Shown here one piece after another: positions 20,535 through 29,992 of a DNA stretch of 64,000 nucleotides. A program made the position numbers and the translations under genes. Below the pieces are notes generated by a model that was not told where the DNA came from, did no database searches, and saw only the letters and a program-made list of their open reading frames with translations. Numbering within the stretch: the first letter of the stretch is position 1; every line of letters begins with the position of its first letter. Origin of the DNA: a virus; the IMG/VR virus record IMGVR_UViG_3300044997_000693, positions 7,242-71,241 of that record; one strand, given 5' to 3'.

Positions 20535-21773
20535 ATGAAAAAAATTGGATTCATAGGAATTGGAAAATTAGGGCTTGATTGTGCCGAAGTGTTTGCAGAA
20601 AAGCACCAAGTTTGGGGATATGACATTTGTCCACGTACCAGCGACAGTGTAAAAGTCTGTGGTATCGAAGAATTAATTCAAAACAGCGAATGGATTTTTA
20701 TTGCTGTTCCCACTCCACATGCCGAAGGCTACGATGGATCAGTTCCGTCAAGTCACATGACTCCGCGAGATTTTGGGCACGATGCTGTGATCGATGCTAT
20801 CAATAACATAAACCGGTATGCCAAAGATTCTAAAAAGGTCGTGCTGATCAGCACAGTATTGCCTGGAACAACTCGCAACAAGTTTGTTCCATTACTGGAT
20901 AAAAAGCATCAATTTGTTTATAACCCGTATTTGATTGCCATGGGCTCGGTCAAGTGGGACATGGTCAATCCTGAAATGATCATGCTGGGCACCGAAGATG
21001 GCAGCTTGACTGGTGTTGCTGGGGAACTGCACGACCTGTATGAAACTATCATGCAGAATAATCCGCGTTATGAAATTGGTACCTGGGACGAATGCGAGGC
21101 CATCAAGATTTTTTATAATACATTTATTAGTGCCAAAGTTGGACTGGTAAACATGATACAGGACTTTGCCATGAAGATTGGCAATATCAATGTGGATGTT
21201 GTGACCAATGCCTTGGCTCGCAGCACCATGCGTATCATGGGTCCCAAGTACATGACAGCAGGCATGGGCGATGCAGGTGCTTGCCACCCCCGAGACAACA
21301 TTGCCCTGCGTTGGTTGGCGGAAGAATACAACGTCGGCTATGACCTGTTTGACACTGTGATGCATGCCAGAGAAATACAGGCCAAGAACTTGGCCCTGTT
21401 CCTGGTTGATCAAGCACAACGACACAGTCTGCCAATTGTGATTCACGGCAAGGCCTACAAACCCGATGTTGAATACTGTATCGGAAGTTACAGCACTTTG
21501 GTAGGATTTTATATTCGAGAAGCCGGATTACCAGTGGTCTATGTTGACCCATTGGCCGATGATCGCACCAATTGTCTTGACACCATTGACGGTCCTGCAG
21601 TATTTTTATGGGCACATAACAGAAAGGTCACTTACGAATATACCGGTAACACACCCGACACGCAACCGTATTGCAAAATTGAATCTGGCAGTATCATAGT
21701 TGACCCATGGCGCAAGTTGCCTGTTGACATGCCCGGCGTTGCTGTGTTGCATTACGGTAACACAAGAACTTGA
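20535..21773 (+). CDS. UDP-glucose/GDP-mannose dehydrogenase family protein
   Basis: GIGKLG, IAVPTP, STVLPG, GAC(H)PRD, AYKPD. Confidence 0.9.
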   Translation: MKKIGFIGIGKLGLDCAEVFAEKHQVWGYDICPRTSDSVKVCGIEELIQNSEWIFIAVPTPHAEGYDGSVPSSHMTPRDFGHDAVIDAINNINRYAKDSKKVVLISTVLPGTTRNKFVPLLDKKHQFVYNPYLIAMGSVKWDMVNPEMIMLGTEDGSLTGVAGELHDLYETIMQNNPRYEIGTWDECEAIKIFYNTFISAKVGLVNMIQDFAMKIGNINVDVVTNALARSTMRIMGPKYMTAGMGDAGACHPRDNIALRWLAEEYNVGYDLFDTVMHAREIQAKNLALFLVDQAQRHSLPIVIHGKAYKPDVEYCIGSYSTLVGFYIREAGLPVVYVDPLADDRTNCLDTIDGPAVFLWAHNRKVTYEYTGNTPDTQPYCKIESGSIIVDPWRKLPVDMPGVAVLHYGNTRT

Positions 21774-21784
21774 CAAGAAATACA

Positions 21785-22177
21785 ATGGGACTATTTGATC
21801 GCTTTAAAAAGAAACAGCCAGAAGTCAAAGTCAAAGACCAACCCAGGCCCAAGAAAACAGAAAAAACTGCCAAAGAGTTGGCCACAGAGAAGGGCGAGCC
21901 GTATGTGACTATTCTCAGCATGGAAGTTGATCCTGCCAACATGCAAAATGGTGCGTTTGAGCTGGATTGGAATGATAAGTTTGTGGCCAATCTCGTTCGC
22001 GCCGGTTATCAAATGAGTCCCAAGGATACTGACAGTGACATTGTGGATCGTTGGTTTACAGCTGTGTGCCGCAATGTTGTACTCGAAACCTATGAACAAT
22101 ACCAAGCCATGAATCCCGAACGTGATCGAGTGGTCAAGTCGCGCAATATCGGAAACGGAAGGAGCGAAGTGTCATGA
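21785..22177 (+). CDS. hypothetical phage protein
   Basis: 130-aa ORF, FELDWND. Confidence 0.75.
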   Translation: MGLFDRFKKKQPEVKVKDQPRPKKTEKTAKELATEKGEPYVTILSMEVDPANMQNGAFELDWNDKFVANLVRAGYQMSPKDTDSDIVDRWFTAVCRNVVLETYEQYQAMNPERDRVVKSRNIGNGRSEVS

Positions 22178-22827
22178 TCTTGGCCATCGGCGACAGCAAC
22201 CTATATCCATCATGTACCGAAACAGATCAACAACCGGTTGATCTTACCAATATGGGTCCGGTGTTTAGCAAACAAATGAAGCAAGACTTCAAGTGCTGGA
22301 GTAAAAATGGTGCCAGTAACTATTGGATCGAGTCTCACATTGAATACTTTTTAGCCGATTCTCGATGGAAATCTGATACAATGTTGTTTGTTGGTTGGAC
22401 CAGCTTTGAACGGGAAGAATGGCCTTGGTTGTACAGCAACATATCTGTGTGCGGCGGCCCAGATTTTGGCATGCCCGAATCAATGAAGGCCAAATTCAAT
22501 CAATGGAAAGCCGGGTTGACCGGCGAGTACTATCGTCAAATGACTCAGTTGTGGCATGATAGAATCTATGCCCTGCATTTGCAACTGCGTGAACGCGAGA
22601 TACCGCACCTGTTCTGGACCACCTATAACAATTTTAATACCATTGTCGATCAACACAATTGGCACGGAAACTTTTTTCAACCTTATGACCAAAATGGTTG
22701 TATGAGTCGTTACCTAGAGTCCAACGGTATTCGTGCAATTGACAATGATCCGTTTCATTATGGACCAGATGCACATGCAATGTGGGCCACAGCACTGAGC
22801 ACCTATGCCAAAAATAATGCGCTATGA
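22174..22827 (+). CDS. SGNH-like protein
   Basis: IGDS, GASN, GWT..EREEW, HYG. Confidence 0.65.
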   Translation: MILAIGDSNLYPSCTETDQQPVDLTNMGPVFSKQMKQDFKCWSKNGASNYWIESHIEYFLADSRWKSDTMLFVGWTSFEREEWPWLYSNISVCGGPDFGMPESMKAKFNQWKAGLTGEYYRQMTQLWHDRIYALHLQLREREIPHLFWTTYNNFNTIVDQHNWHGNFFQPYDQNGCMSRYLESNGIRAIDNDPFHYGPDAHAMWATALSTYAKNNAL

Positions 22828-23528
22828 TTTTGTACGTCAACGGTGACAGTCACACTGCTGCTGCCGAGGCAGTAAATTCTCATGCATTTGCCGAAGATGA
22901 CCCTGCATTGTATTATTTAGGACGACTGCCGCATCCGGATAATCTGCAGGTTTCTTGGGGTAAATTGCTGAGCATGGCTCTTAATTCTGGGTTTCAATGC
23001 GAAGCCGAAAGCGCCAGCTCAAACATCAGAATATTAAGAACCACCAGAGCCTGGCTTGCTGCACGAAAGAATAGTCTAGAACGCAAGTTGGTTATTATTC
23101 AATGGTCAACTTGGGAGCGGGAAGAATGGCTATACAATGGTACTTATTATCAAGTCAACGGCAGTGGCATTGACCAAGTGCCTGCTATTGCTCAAGAAAG
23201 ATATCGTAACTACGTGATCGGCCTCGATTGGCAGCAAAAAACTCAGTCAGCACACGATGAAATCTGGAAGTTTCATCAAGAACTCGTGTCTCAAGATATC
23301 CCTCATGTGTTCTTCAATGGCAATAATGATTTCAGTTCAATTGTCGATCGACGTGATTGGGGACTCAATTATATTGGTCCATATGATTCCAACAGCACAT
23401 ACCATGCTCGACTACAGGCCGCAGGAATTGAAACAGTCATGCCCGATTCATACCATTATGGACGTGACGGGCACAGTTGGTGGTTTAAATACTTGCTCGG
23501 GTATTTAATAACAAACAAATTTGTATGA
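22824..23528 (+). CDS. SGNH-like protein
   Basis: NGDSH, ASSN, QWSTWEREEW, HYGRDGH. Confidence 0.65.
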   Translation: MILYVNGDSHTAAAEAVNSHAFAEDDPALYYLGRLPHPDNLQVSWGKLLSMALNSGFQCEAESASSNIRILRTTRAWLAARKNSLERKLVIIQWSTWEREEWLYNGTYYQVNGSGIDQVPAIAQERYRNYVIGLDWQQKTQSAHDEIWKFHQELVSQDIPHVFFNGNNDFSSIVDRRDWGLNYIGPYDSNSTYHARLQAAGIETVMPDSYHYGRDGHSWWFKYLLGYLITNKFV

Positions 23529-24301
23529 TATTTAAAACCCGAAACATCAAAAAGCAGCACAGCACCGTTTATAATTTTGGTATTAAGAATCTAATCGTTA
23601 GTGGATGCAGCTTTACTTACAACTCCTCTGACGCATCGGCGCTCACCTGGCCATATTTTCTTAGAGACCTTGGCGGTTTTGAACAGGTATTAGATTGTTC
23701 CCTTCCAGGAGCAGGCAACAGTCATGTGTCGGATTCTTTAATTTGGGCATTAGAAATGGACCAACCGGATCCGACAGATAGTTTGGTGATAGTGATGTGG
23801 TCCGGGTATGATAGAGATGATTATATCTGTCCTAAAGAAAATATAAACAACTATTCAGATCAATTTTATTACAGTAAAAATGTAATGTCGTCAATCACCG
23901 GTGGCAATCATGCAGAATCTTGTGGAAATAGTATTTCAGATGGACTAAAAAAATTATCAATAACAAAAAACAACGAATCAAGAGCAATTGAAAACTATCT
24001 ACACATTGCAAAAACCTATCAATATTTGAACTCTCTAAATTATAACTTTTTATTTTTAAATTTTATAAATCCTACAGAACCGATAGGTGGAACCAACACA
24101 TTTGATATAAAAAAATATTTGCCAAATCCGGCAAAACAAACACTGGATTCAATGATGACCAAAATTGATGATCTGTATCATTTTTCTATTAGATATAATC
24201 TATTGCTGGGCGATAACTTTCACCCTAACCAATACGGGCATTTGAGATGGACCAGAACGGTATTAATACCGCACTTAAAAACTGTTATTCAATTGACTTA
24301 G
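23525..24301 (+). CDS. SGNH-like protein
   Basis: GCSFT, GAGN, MWSGYDR, HPNQYGH; AT-rich. Confidence 0.65.
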   Translation: MIFKTRNIKKQHSTVYNFGIKNLIVSGCSFTYNSSDASALTWPYFLRDLGGFEQVLDCSLPGAGNSHVSDSLIWALEMDQPDPTDSLVIVMWSGYDRDDYICPKENINNYSDQFYYSKNVMSSITGGNHAESCGNSISDGLKKLSITKNNESRAIENYLHIAKTYQYLNSLNYNFLFLNFINPTEPIGGTNTFDIKKYLPNPAKQTLDSMMTKIDDLYHFSIRYNLLLGDNFHPNQYGHLRWTRTVLIPHLKTVIQLT

Positions 24302-24327
24302 AAATAGTTTGCTGCTATAATAGCGGT
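24293..24327 (+). promoter_or_regulatory. sigma70-type promoter, probably giving a leaderless mRNA
   Basis: TTGACT-17-TATAAT, ATG 6 nt later. Confidence 0.7.
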
Positions 24328-25329
24328 ATGAAATATGTTCTAATAGACACAGCCAATATGTTCTTTCGAGCCCGACACGGTGCTTTTCGTGCCAGCGACA
24401 CATGGGAAAAGATTGGATTTGCACTGCATGTGACCTTGATGAGTGCCAACAAAGTGGCTCGACGCTTTGAAGCAGACCATGTGGTGTTTGCCTTGGAGGG
24501 CAGAAGCTGGCGCAAGGATCGCTACAAGCCCTACAAAAATAACCGTGCTGTGGCCCGTGCTGCTCTTACCGAAGCCCAAGCCGAAGAAGACAAATTGTTT
24601 TGGGAAACTTATGATAGCTTGACTAAATACCTGGGCGAAAAGACCAATTGCTCGGTAATTAGATGTCCAACAGCCGAGGGCGACGACATCATTGCTCGCT
24701 GGATCGCACTACACCCCCAAGACGAACATGTTATTATCAGCAGCGACACTGACTTTGTACAACTTGTGGCTGCCAATGTCAAACAATACAACGGCATCAC
24801 AGACGAACTAATCACCACGGAAGGCACCTATGATGCCAATGGCAATGCTGTCATTGATAAAAAAACTAAACAGCCCAAGGCTAGACCGGACCCGGCCTGG
24901 CTGTTGTTTGAAAAGTGCATGCGTGGCGACAGCTCAGACAACGTGTTCAGTGCATATCCGGGAGTTCGTGAACGAGGCACAAAGAACAAAGTTGGTCTCC
25001 GTGAAGCCTATGCCGATCGAGACCGACGAGGCTACAATTGGAACAATCTCATGCTGCAACGCTGGACTGATCCTGACGGTGTAGAACATCGAGTACTGGA
25101 TGACTACGAACGCAATAGACAATTGATCGATTTAACAGCACAGCCCGAAGAGATCAAAGCCACTGTGGATACTGCCATCTGTGAACAAATCAGTCACAAA
25201 GACATTGGCCAAGTGGGTGTGCGTTTTATGCAGTTTTGTGGCAAATATGAATTGAACAAATGCAGTGAATCAGCAGACAGTTTTGGCCGTTGGATGAGTA
25301 AAACATACAAAGGCATATTGAATAGTTAA
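24328..25329 (+). CDS. rnh: T4-type RNase H / 5'-3' exonuclease
   Basis: LID, SWRK..Y..YK.NR, EGDDII, SSDTDF.QL, GDSSDN, N..LIDL. Confidence 0.9.
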   Translation: MKYVLIDTANMFFRARHGAFRASDTWEKIGFALHVTLMSANKVARRFEADHVVFALEGRSWRKDRYKPYKNNRAVARAALTEAQAEEDKLFWETYDSLTKYLGEKTNCSVIRCPTAEGDDIIARWIALHPQDEHVIISSDTDFVQLVAANVKQYNGITDELITTEGTYDANGNAVIDKKTKQPKARPDPAWLLFEKCMRGDSSDNVFSAYPGVRERGTKNKVGLREAYADRDRRGYNWNNLMLQRWTDPDGVEHRVLDDYERNRQLIDLTAQPEEIKATVDTAICEQISHKDIGQVGVRFMQFCGKYELNKCSESADSFGRWMSKTYKGILNS

Positions 25330-25344
25330 AAAGGAGTCACCGAT

Positions 25345-25803
25345 ATGACATTGATAGCAAAGCCCGTGGTAGACAAACAATTTTGGATCTTGCAAGAAAA
25401 CAACCAAAAGGTCGGCAACATCGAAGCCTGTGCAGGCGGTTACCAGGTAAAGATCAACAATCAGGTCGTACAATACAAAACCATAAAGTCAGCAGCCCGA
25501 ACAGCCAATATCAAATTCGAACCGGCCATTAAGATCACCAAGCCCAAGACCGATGTAGATCATATTCATGGATATCCGGTGACCGGCCGTGTGTACAATC
25601 CCATGTGGGACGTTAGTCAACACCTGCCGGTGTACACCAAAACAGCCAAAAGCAAAAGTTGGTTCAGCGCCGGCTGGTATAACATTCGCAAGGGTCGAAA
25701 CTGGCAAACAGTGCTGGCACCCAAGCTGATTGTGTTGCAGAGATATCCGTATCAGGGTCCATACCACACAGAACAAGCGGCACATGACAATTCATCTCAG
25801 TAA
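25345..25803 (+). CDS. hypothetical phage protein
   Basis: AAGGAG SD; 152 aa. Confidence 0.75.
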   Translation: MTLIAKPVVDKQFWILQENNQKVGNIEACAGGYQVKINNQVVQYKTIKSAARTANIKFEPAIKITKPKTDVDHIHGYPVTGRVYNPMWDVSQHLPVYTKTAKSKSWFSAGWYNIRKGRNWQTVLAPKLIVLQRYPYQGPYHTEQAAHDNSSQ

Positions 25804-25993
25804 GTTCATTGAGCGGGTTCAAGGTCAGCAGGCACGCGGTGCCCGAGACTTTATTATGAGCATGAAAGATGCTCAGGATCTACATGCCGATATCACTAGA
25901 TTATTGCTGGAACTTCGAGCATTGCACGAACAAACAGTTCCGACTCTACAACAAGAAACAATTACCGTGAAAATAGACGGTGGCACATTCTAA
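25784..25993 (+). CDS. hypothetical protein
   Basis: 69-aa ORF ending DGGTF. Confidence 0.7.
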   Translation: MTIHLSKFIERVQGQQARGARDFIMSMKDAQDLHADITRLLLELRALHEQTVPTLQQETITVKIDGGTF

Positions 25994-26038
25994 AACTACT
26001 TATATTTCTGGATAAATAAAATATAGGAGTTTAACGAA

Positions 26039-26326
26039 ATGAGCCGCCCAAAACCCAACATACTGATCGAGCAAACCAACAAGTCCACCTACAAGAGCGA
26101 ACAGGTCTTGGCCTCTGAAGGCGTGTGGGCAGTATTTTATGACGCCAGGCCCATCAACCTTAAAACCACAAACATGCTGGTGCAATACCCTGGGCCCAAG
26201 TATAAAAAGGTTTCATTCAGCAATCCCGGGCATGCTATAAATCTGGCTCTCAAACTCAACACACAATTCAAAACTGAAAAGTTCACTGTGGTGTTGCTGA
26301 AGTCGGGCGATCAAATTTATCCTTGA
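26039..26326 (+). CDS. hypothetical phage protein
   Basis: AGGAG SD, GATAAATA upstream; YPGPKYKKVSFSNPGHA. Confidence 0.8.
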   Translation: MSRPKPNILIEQTNKSTYKSEQVLASEGVWAVFYDARPINLKTTNMLVQYPGPKYKKVSFSNPGHAINLALKLNTQFKTEKFTVVLLKSGDQIYP

Positions 26327-26327
26327 T

Positions 26328-26699
26328 GTGCGCGACAAGAAAAAACTCACCAAAGAGTTGATTGCGCTGCTTGACCAAGAAATCCGTGTTGATCTAAAAT
26401 CTGCCATGACCACTTGGTGGTATAACATTCGTCGCACCGGTGGCATGCGATTGACCAGCACAGGATACTCAGCACTGGCCAAGGATTTAGACCTTGAACA
26501 CTACTCGTACAACGTTGACAACCCGCAGATGTTTAACAAACAGCTTATGTTAACACTGGACCGTAAAATGCAAATGCCCTATTATATTCAAGCGGTCAAA
26601 GGCGTACCTAAAAAAATCATATTTTTCGGCAGCCGGGAAGCAGTGATGGTGAATCTTTACGGAAATTTATCGCAATTTCTTGACAACTATGAATTGTGA
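26328..26699 (+). CDS. hypothetical phage protein
   Basis: 123-aa ORF, GTG start. Confidence 0.7.
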   Translation: MRDKKKLTKELIALLDQEIRVDLKSAMTTWWYNIRRTGGMRLTSTGYSALAKDLDLEHYSYNVDNPQMFNKQLMLTLDRKMQMPYYIQAVKGVPKKIIFFGSREAVMVNLYGNLSQFLDNYEL

Positions 26700-26717
26700 T
26701 GTTATACTGTGCATCAA

Positions 26718-26794
26718 GGGCCTGTAGCTCAGTTGGTCAGAGCAGTGGACTCATAATCCATTGGTCCCTGGCTCAAATCCAGGTGGGCCCACCA
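26718..26794 (+). tRNA. tRNA with CAT anticodon, Ile2 (lysidine)-like body; T-loop CTCAAAT
   Basis: GGGCCTG/TGGGCCC-A-CCA acceptor; GTGGA-CTCATAA-TCCAT; own TTGACA-17-TATACT promoter. Confidence 0.9.
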
Positions 26795-26867
26795 AACATG
26801 ATAAATAATACAGTTGCAGAACACCCAAAGTCTGCAATCGAATTAAATTCAAAGAAAGCAATAGCAC

Positions 26868-27083
26868 ATGATAGTAGGCAAAGTAAAATGGTTCAATGAT
26901 GCCAAGGGATTTGGATTCATTACACCCGATGACGGCAGCGAGGATGTATTTGCGCATTTTTCGGCCATCAACATCAATGGATTTAAAACATTGAAGGAAA
27001 ATCAACTGGTGACATTTGAGCTGGTCAACGGTCCCAAAGGTCGTCAAGCGTCAAATATTGAAGTCAAAACATCATCATTTTAA
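26868..27083 (+). CDS. cold-shock protein
   Basis: GKVKWFN..KGFGFI, DVFAHFS. Confidence 0.95.
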   Translation: MIVGKVKWFNDAKGFGFITPDDGSEDVFAHFSAININGFKTLKENQLVTFELVNGPKGRQASNIEVKTSSF

Positions 27084-27122
27084 CAATGATAATAAGTAAG
27101 TTATTAACAAAGGAGTTTTAAA

Positions 27123-27419
27123 ATGGCAACAATAAATACCAATGTGCAGATCCTAGCTACAGCACAAAGTCAAGCGACCTGGGGTCGAGCACTGTCAACT
27201 GAAGAATCAGCAGCTCTTCGAGCCAAACGAGGATCAATGTGGTCCCAGGGAAAATTTCAAGCTCGAGTGCCAAGTGAAACAGGTACCTTCGCATATGCAT
27301 GGGAGACGTTGGACGCTGCGGCCGAATATGTTGCCTATTGCAACACATTTACACCGCCGCCGGCTTCAGCCACTGCTTCGGCACTACCAGAGCCAACAGA
27401 GCCAACAGAGTCAGTTTAA
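27123..27419 (+). CDS. hypothetical protein
   Basis: AAGGAG SD; C-terminal EPT repeat. Confidence 0.7.
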   Translation: MATINTNVQILATAQSQATWGRALSTEESAALRAKRGSMWSQGKFQARVPSETGTFAYAWETLDAAAEYVAYCNTFTPPPASATASALPEPTEPTESV

Positions 27420-27512
27420 ATTTTATCTTTGGTCTGTATCAAAGATAGAAAAATATAAACTCAAACAGTTTAGTAGTGACAAGACTAGACAAAGTATGCC
27501 ACACTACAGAAT

Positions 27513-27847
27513 AGTAGTTTAAGGCCTGAATAGAAAGAAGTTCTGGACTCGGCTATCGTAGGCCGACATCTCCACCAACAGCACATTAGAAATAGTGTGT
27601 TGTTGTTGGGGATGAAAGGATTCGACAGGGCAACAAGTATTGACAGGATCTACTCGGCAAAAGTAAGAAGCCGCAGAGTCAGGAATTCCTGGCCGAAGAC
27701 AACAAAACAAGTAAATGCAACAGCATCTACGAGCGAAGTAGTTGTTTCTGGAAAGAATGTCAAGTTCTCTGCCAGAACAGTGAAAGCTCAATCTTTCGCG
27801 GTCTAATCACCGGCGTAGGGTAGTTATACCTAGTAACAGAAACTAAC
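27513..27847 (+). ncRNA. ssrA: circularly permuted (two-piece) tmRNA; outer ends approximate
   Basis: acceptor piece ends CATCTCC-ACCA (27577); 30-nt hairpin spacer; coding piece starts GGGGATGAAAGGATTCGAC (27608); G3:U70; TAAAT-GCA resume at 27717. Confidence 0.88.
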
Positions 27848-27872
27848 AGGGCCTGCACTGCAGGCCCTTTAT
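27848..27872 (+). terminator. intrinsic terminator after tmRNA
   Basis: AGGGCCTGC/GCAGGCCCT hairpin + TTTAT. Confidence 0.75.
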
Positions 27873-27890
27873 CTTATTAACAACAGCCAA

Positions 27891-28658
27891 ATGAAGAAAG
27901 TGATTGTATGTGGGGACAGCTGGATGACTCCATCAATAGATTATCCCAACACTCATTTCTCTGAGCGATTGGCCAACAGATTAAATTGGAAGTTAGAGAT
28001 ATATGCTCGAGGTGGCATGAGCAATAATGGTATTTGTCTTCAGATCGAAAGCGCCATTAAAGAAAATCCAGATTTTATTTTACTAGACACAGCACCAAAC
28101 GATCGCATTGAACTGCCCATCGGTAAACACTGCGTCGACGGACAGAAAAACTTTGATGTGAGGGACATTGTCTATAATCATCCTCAATCAACCAGTTCAT
28201 TAAATCCAAACTTTAATAAATCTCCCAGATTGATAATTGATACCATCTATTCTTTTTTAGACCATTCGTATAATTTTGCAAAATACAAAACTCTGGTGCC
28301 GGACCTAGATTTAAAAAGAGCAATTATCAAACAATGGTTTAATAGTATTTACAACGACGAATGGAAATTAAAAACAGACAAATGGTGTTTATACGCTGCC
28401 CTGCATCAGTTGCACAACTCAAAAATTCCTTATTTGATAGTGATTGATCCTATCCAAGCAGTTGACATCTGCCCGTGGATCGACGAAAAAACATATCTAC
28501 ATCAAAAAATTTTCAATGATATATCTAGATTCAATTGTGATCTGGTCAAAGCTGTTGGACAGGTAGATCCAGGATATCACACCTTGCCAGAAGCACAACA
28601 CAAAATTGCCGACCTTGTTCTAGCACATCTTGAAGTTTATGCACGTCAATTGTTCTAA
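27891..28658 (+). CDS. SGNH-like protein
   Basis: CGDSW, GGMSN, DPGYH. Confidence 0.65.
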   Translation: MKKVIVCGDSWMTPSIDYPNTHFSERLANRLNWKLEIYARGGMSNNGICLQIESAIKENPDFILLDTAPNDRIELPIGKHCVDGQKNFDVRDIVYNHPQSTSSLNPNFNKSPRLIIDTIYSFLDHSYNFAKYKTLVPDLDLKRAIIKQWFNSIYNDEWKLKTDKWCLYAALHQLHNSKIPYLIVIDPIQAVDICPWIDEKTYLHQKIFNDISRFNCDLVKAVGQVDPGYHTLPEAQHKIADLVLAHLEVYARQLF

Positions 28659-28783
28659 AACTCTATGAAAGTATAAAAATCAACGGCCACTGCTGCTACC
28701 ACTAAGTAATAGGCTGGGTTTGGTCCAATATTTTATTAACAGAGAAAGTAGAAAGAGTCTTTTTCTTTTTGGCAATGCACTGG

Positions 28784-28983
28784 TTGACAACTCATAAATA
28801 ACCCTATAAAATAGCTGCTATGATAAACAATAACTTGCATCTTTCTACAGCAAACATTCCAACAGTTGGCCGGGCCATTCAATGGGTGCATAACTGTAAA
28901 GATTTAAAAGCAAGGCTTGAATAACAGCAAATTTCGATCGTATTCAACAGCCCCGAAACTGAACATTCCGGGGTTTTTTATTT
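28784..28983 (+). promoter_or_regulatory. promoter + leaderless 34-codon ORF (28820-28924) + terminator; attenuator-like
   Basis: TTGACA-17-TAAAAT, ATG 7 nt later, CCCCG..CGGGG-TTTTTT hairpin at about 28951-28979. Confidence 0.5.
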
Positions 28984-28998
28984 GTCAAAAGGAAAACA

Positions 28999-29166
28999 AT
29001 GAACTATATCAAAATGCAAAAGGATTGTCCAACTGACACAGGTGACAACCTGTTTTTGTCCGAAGAGCTCAAAACACAATTGATTCAAGACAAGATTCAA
29101 CGAGCAATTCAAACAAGTGAACTACTAAGACAGCTACACGCCTATCAACAGTCCGACGACCAATGA
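28999..29166 (+). CDS. small hypothetical protein (55 aa, not in ORF track)
   Basis: AAGGA SD; MNYIKMQKDC..; ATGA-coupled to next gene. Confidence 0.6.
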   Translation: MNYIKMQKDCPTDTGDNLFLSEELKTQLIQDKIQRAIQTSELLRQLHAYQQSDDQ

Positions 29167-29477
29167 AAAAATTAGTGCGTGATGGTCGAGTGGCTGTGTT
29201 GGTAAGATCCAGACATGGCGGTGGTTGGTACAGCTGGCATCGCATTGAAGAGCTGTTGTACGATCCCACAGTTGTGGAGTGGTTGGAACAGGGCAAAATA
29301 ACAAGTATTCAATCGTACCTGGCTTTGAAATACCAAGACGAGTATATTAGTGGTCAACTGGATCTAGATGGCTTGGAAGTGCAATGGGTACCGGCGGGTG
29401 TTCGATTCCGTATAAATGAATATGATGGAACCGAAAACATTGTACTGGAATCCCAAGAACGCTGGTTAACAGCATAG
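29163..29477 (+). CDS. hypothetical phage protein
   Basis: VAVL.S..GGGWYSW..FRINEYDG.E. Confidence 0.75.
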   Translation: MKKLVRDGRVAVLVRSRHGGGWYSWHRIEELLYDPTVVEWLEQGKITSIQSYLALKYQDEYISGQLDLDGLEVQWVPAGVRFRINEYDGTENIVLESQERWLTA

Positions 29478-29540
29478 TGTAGACAAAGGAGGCCACGGTC
29501 AAGATCAGTATTCGGGGTGCAAATCTCTGGCAGGCTGCCA
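29470..29540 (+). pseudogene. possible decayed tRNA (T-arm and 3' CCA only)
   Basis: CGGGG-TGCAAAT-CTCTG then CAGGCTG-CCA; no convincing D or anticodon arm. Confidence 0.35.
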
Positions 29541-29602
29541 AATTGTGTCAACGCAGCTGCTGGCTCATGCATTATATGTATATCTAGTCAATGGAGATCA
29601 GC

Positions 29603-29755
29603 ATGTCACACTGGGATAGGGTTCTGCAAGTACGAGAGTTGCGCGACAGAAGGTTGTCGGCACAGGAAATTTCAAAACGACTGTGCATGACAGTGGAGTA
29701 TGTACACCAAATCCTAGCCGAATTATCCGGTCGTTCAATATTTGAAAACGATTAA
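29603..29755 (+). CDS. small HTH-like protein (50 aa, not in ORF track)
   Basis: GGAG SD; LSAQEISKRLCMTVEYVHQIL. Confidence 0.6.
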   Translation: MSHWDRVLQVRELRDRRLSAQEISKRLCMTVEYVHQILAELSGRSIFEND

Positions 29756-29882
29756 AAATAGTAAATACAGTCAATGCAGATTGAGTCAGTTGAATTTCAA
29801 GACAGAAATTCCGTTGACTAATAATGTAGTGACTTCACTACAAGCCGCTGGCTGATTCAGCAGAGAGCCTCTATAAAGTTAT

Positions 29883-29958
29883 CGCAGGGAGAATCCGATC
29901 GCCCGCATGGTCTCATAAGCCATTGCCATCCTTGGTTCAAATCCAAGCCCCGCAACCA
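29883..29958 (+). tRNA. atypical initiator-like tRNA-Met(CAT)
   Basis: CGCAGGG/CCCCGCA-ACCA with C1xA72; ATGGT-CTCATAA-GCCAT; good T-arm, degenerate D-arm. Confidence 0.7.
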
Positions 29959-29992
29959 ATAATACTAAATAGACGATCACAAGGCAAATTCA

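Noticed and set aside
27389-27410. GAGCCAACA tandem repeat
   Set aside because: A two-copy coding repeat (EPT) in a low-complexity tail.
27597-27806. 69-aa ORF
   Set aside because: It is the tmRNA coding piece; only the tag portion is likely translated.
29824-29880. preQ1-I-like AGAG..CTCTATAAA and adjacent hairpins
   Set aside because: The loop is only 3 nt and lacks the ligand-binding sequence; it precedes a tRNA, not a que gene.
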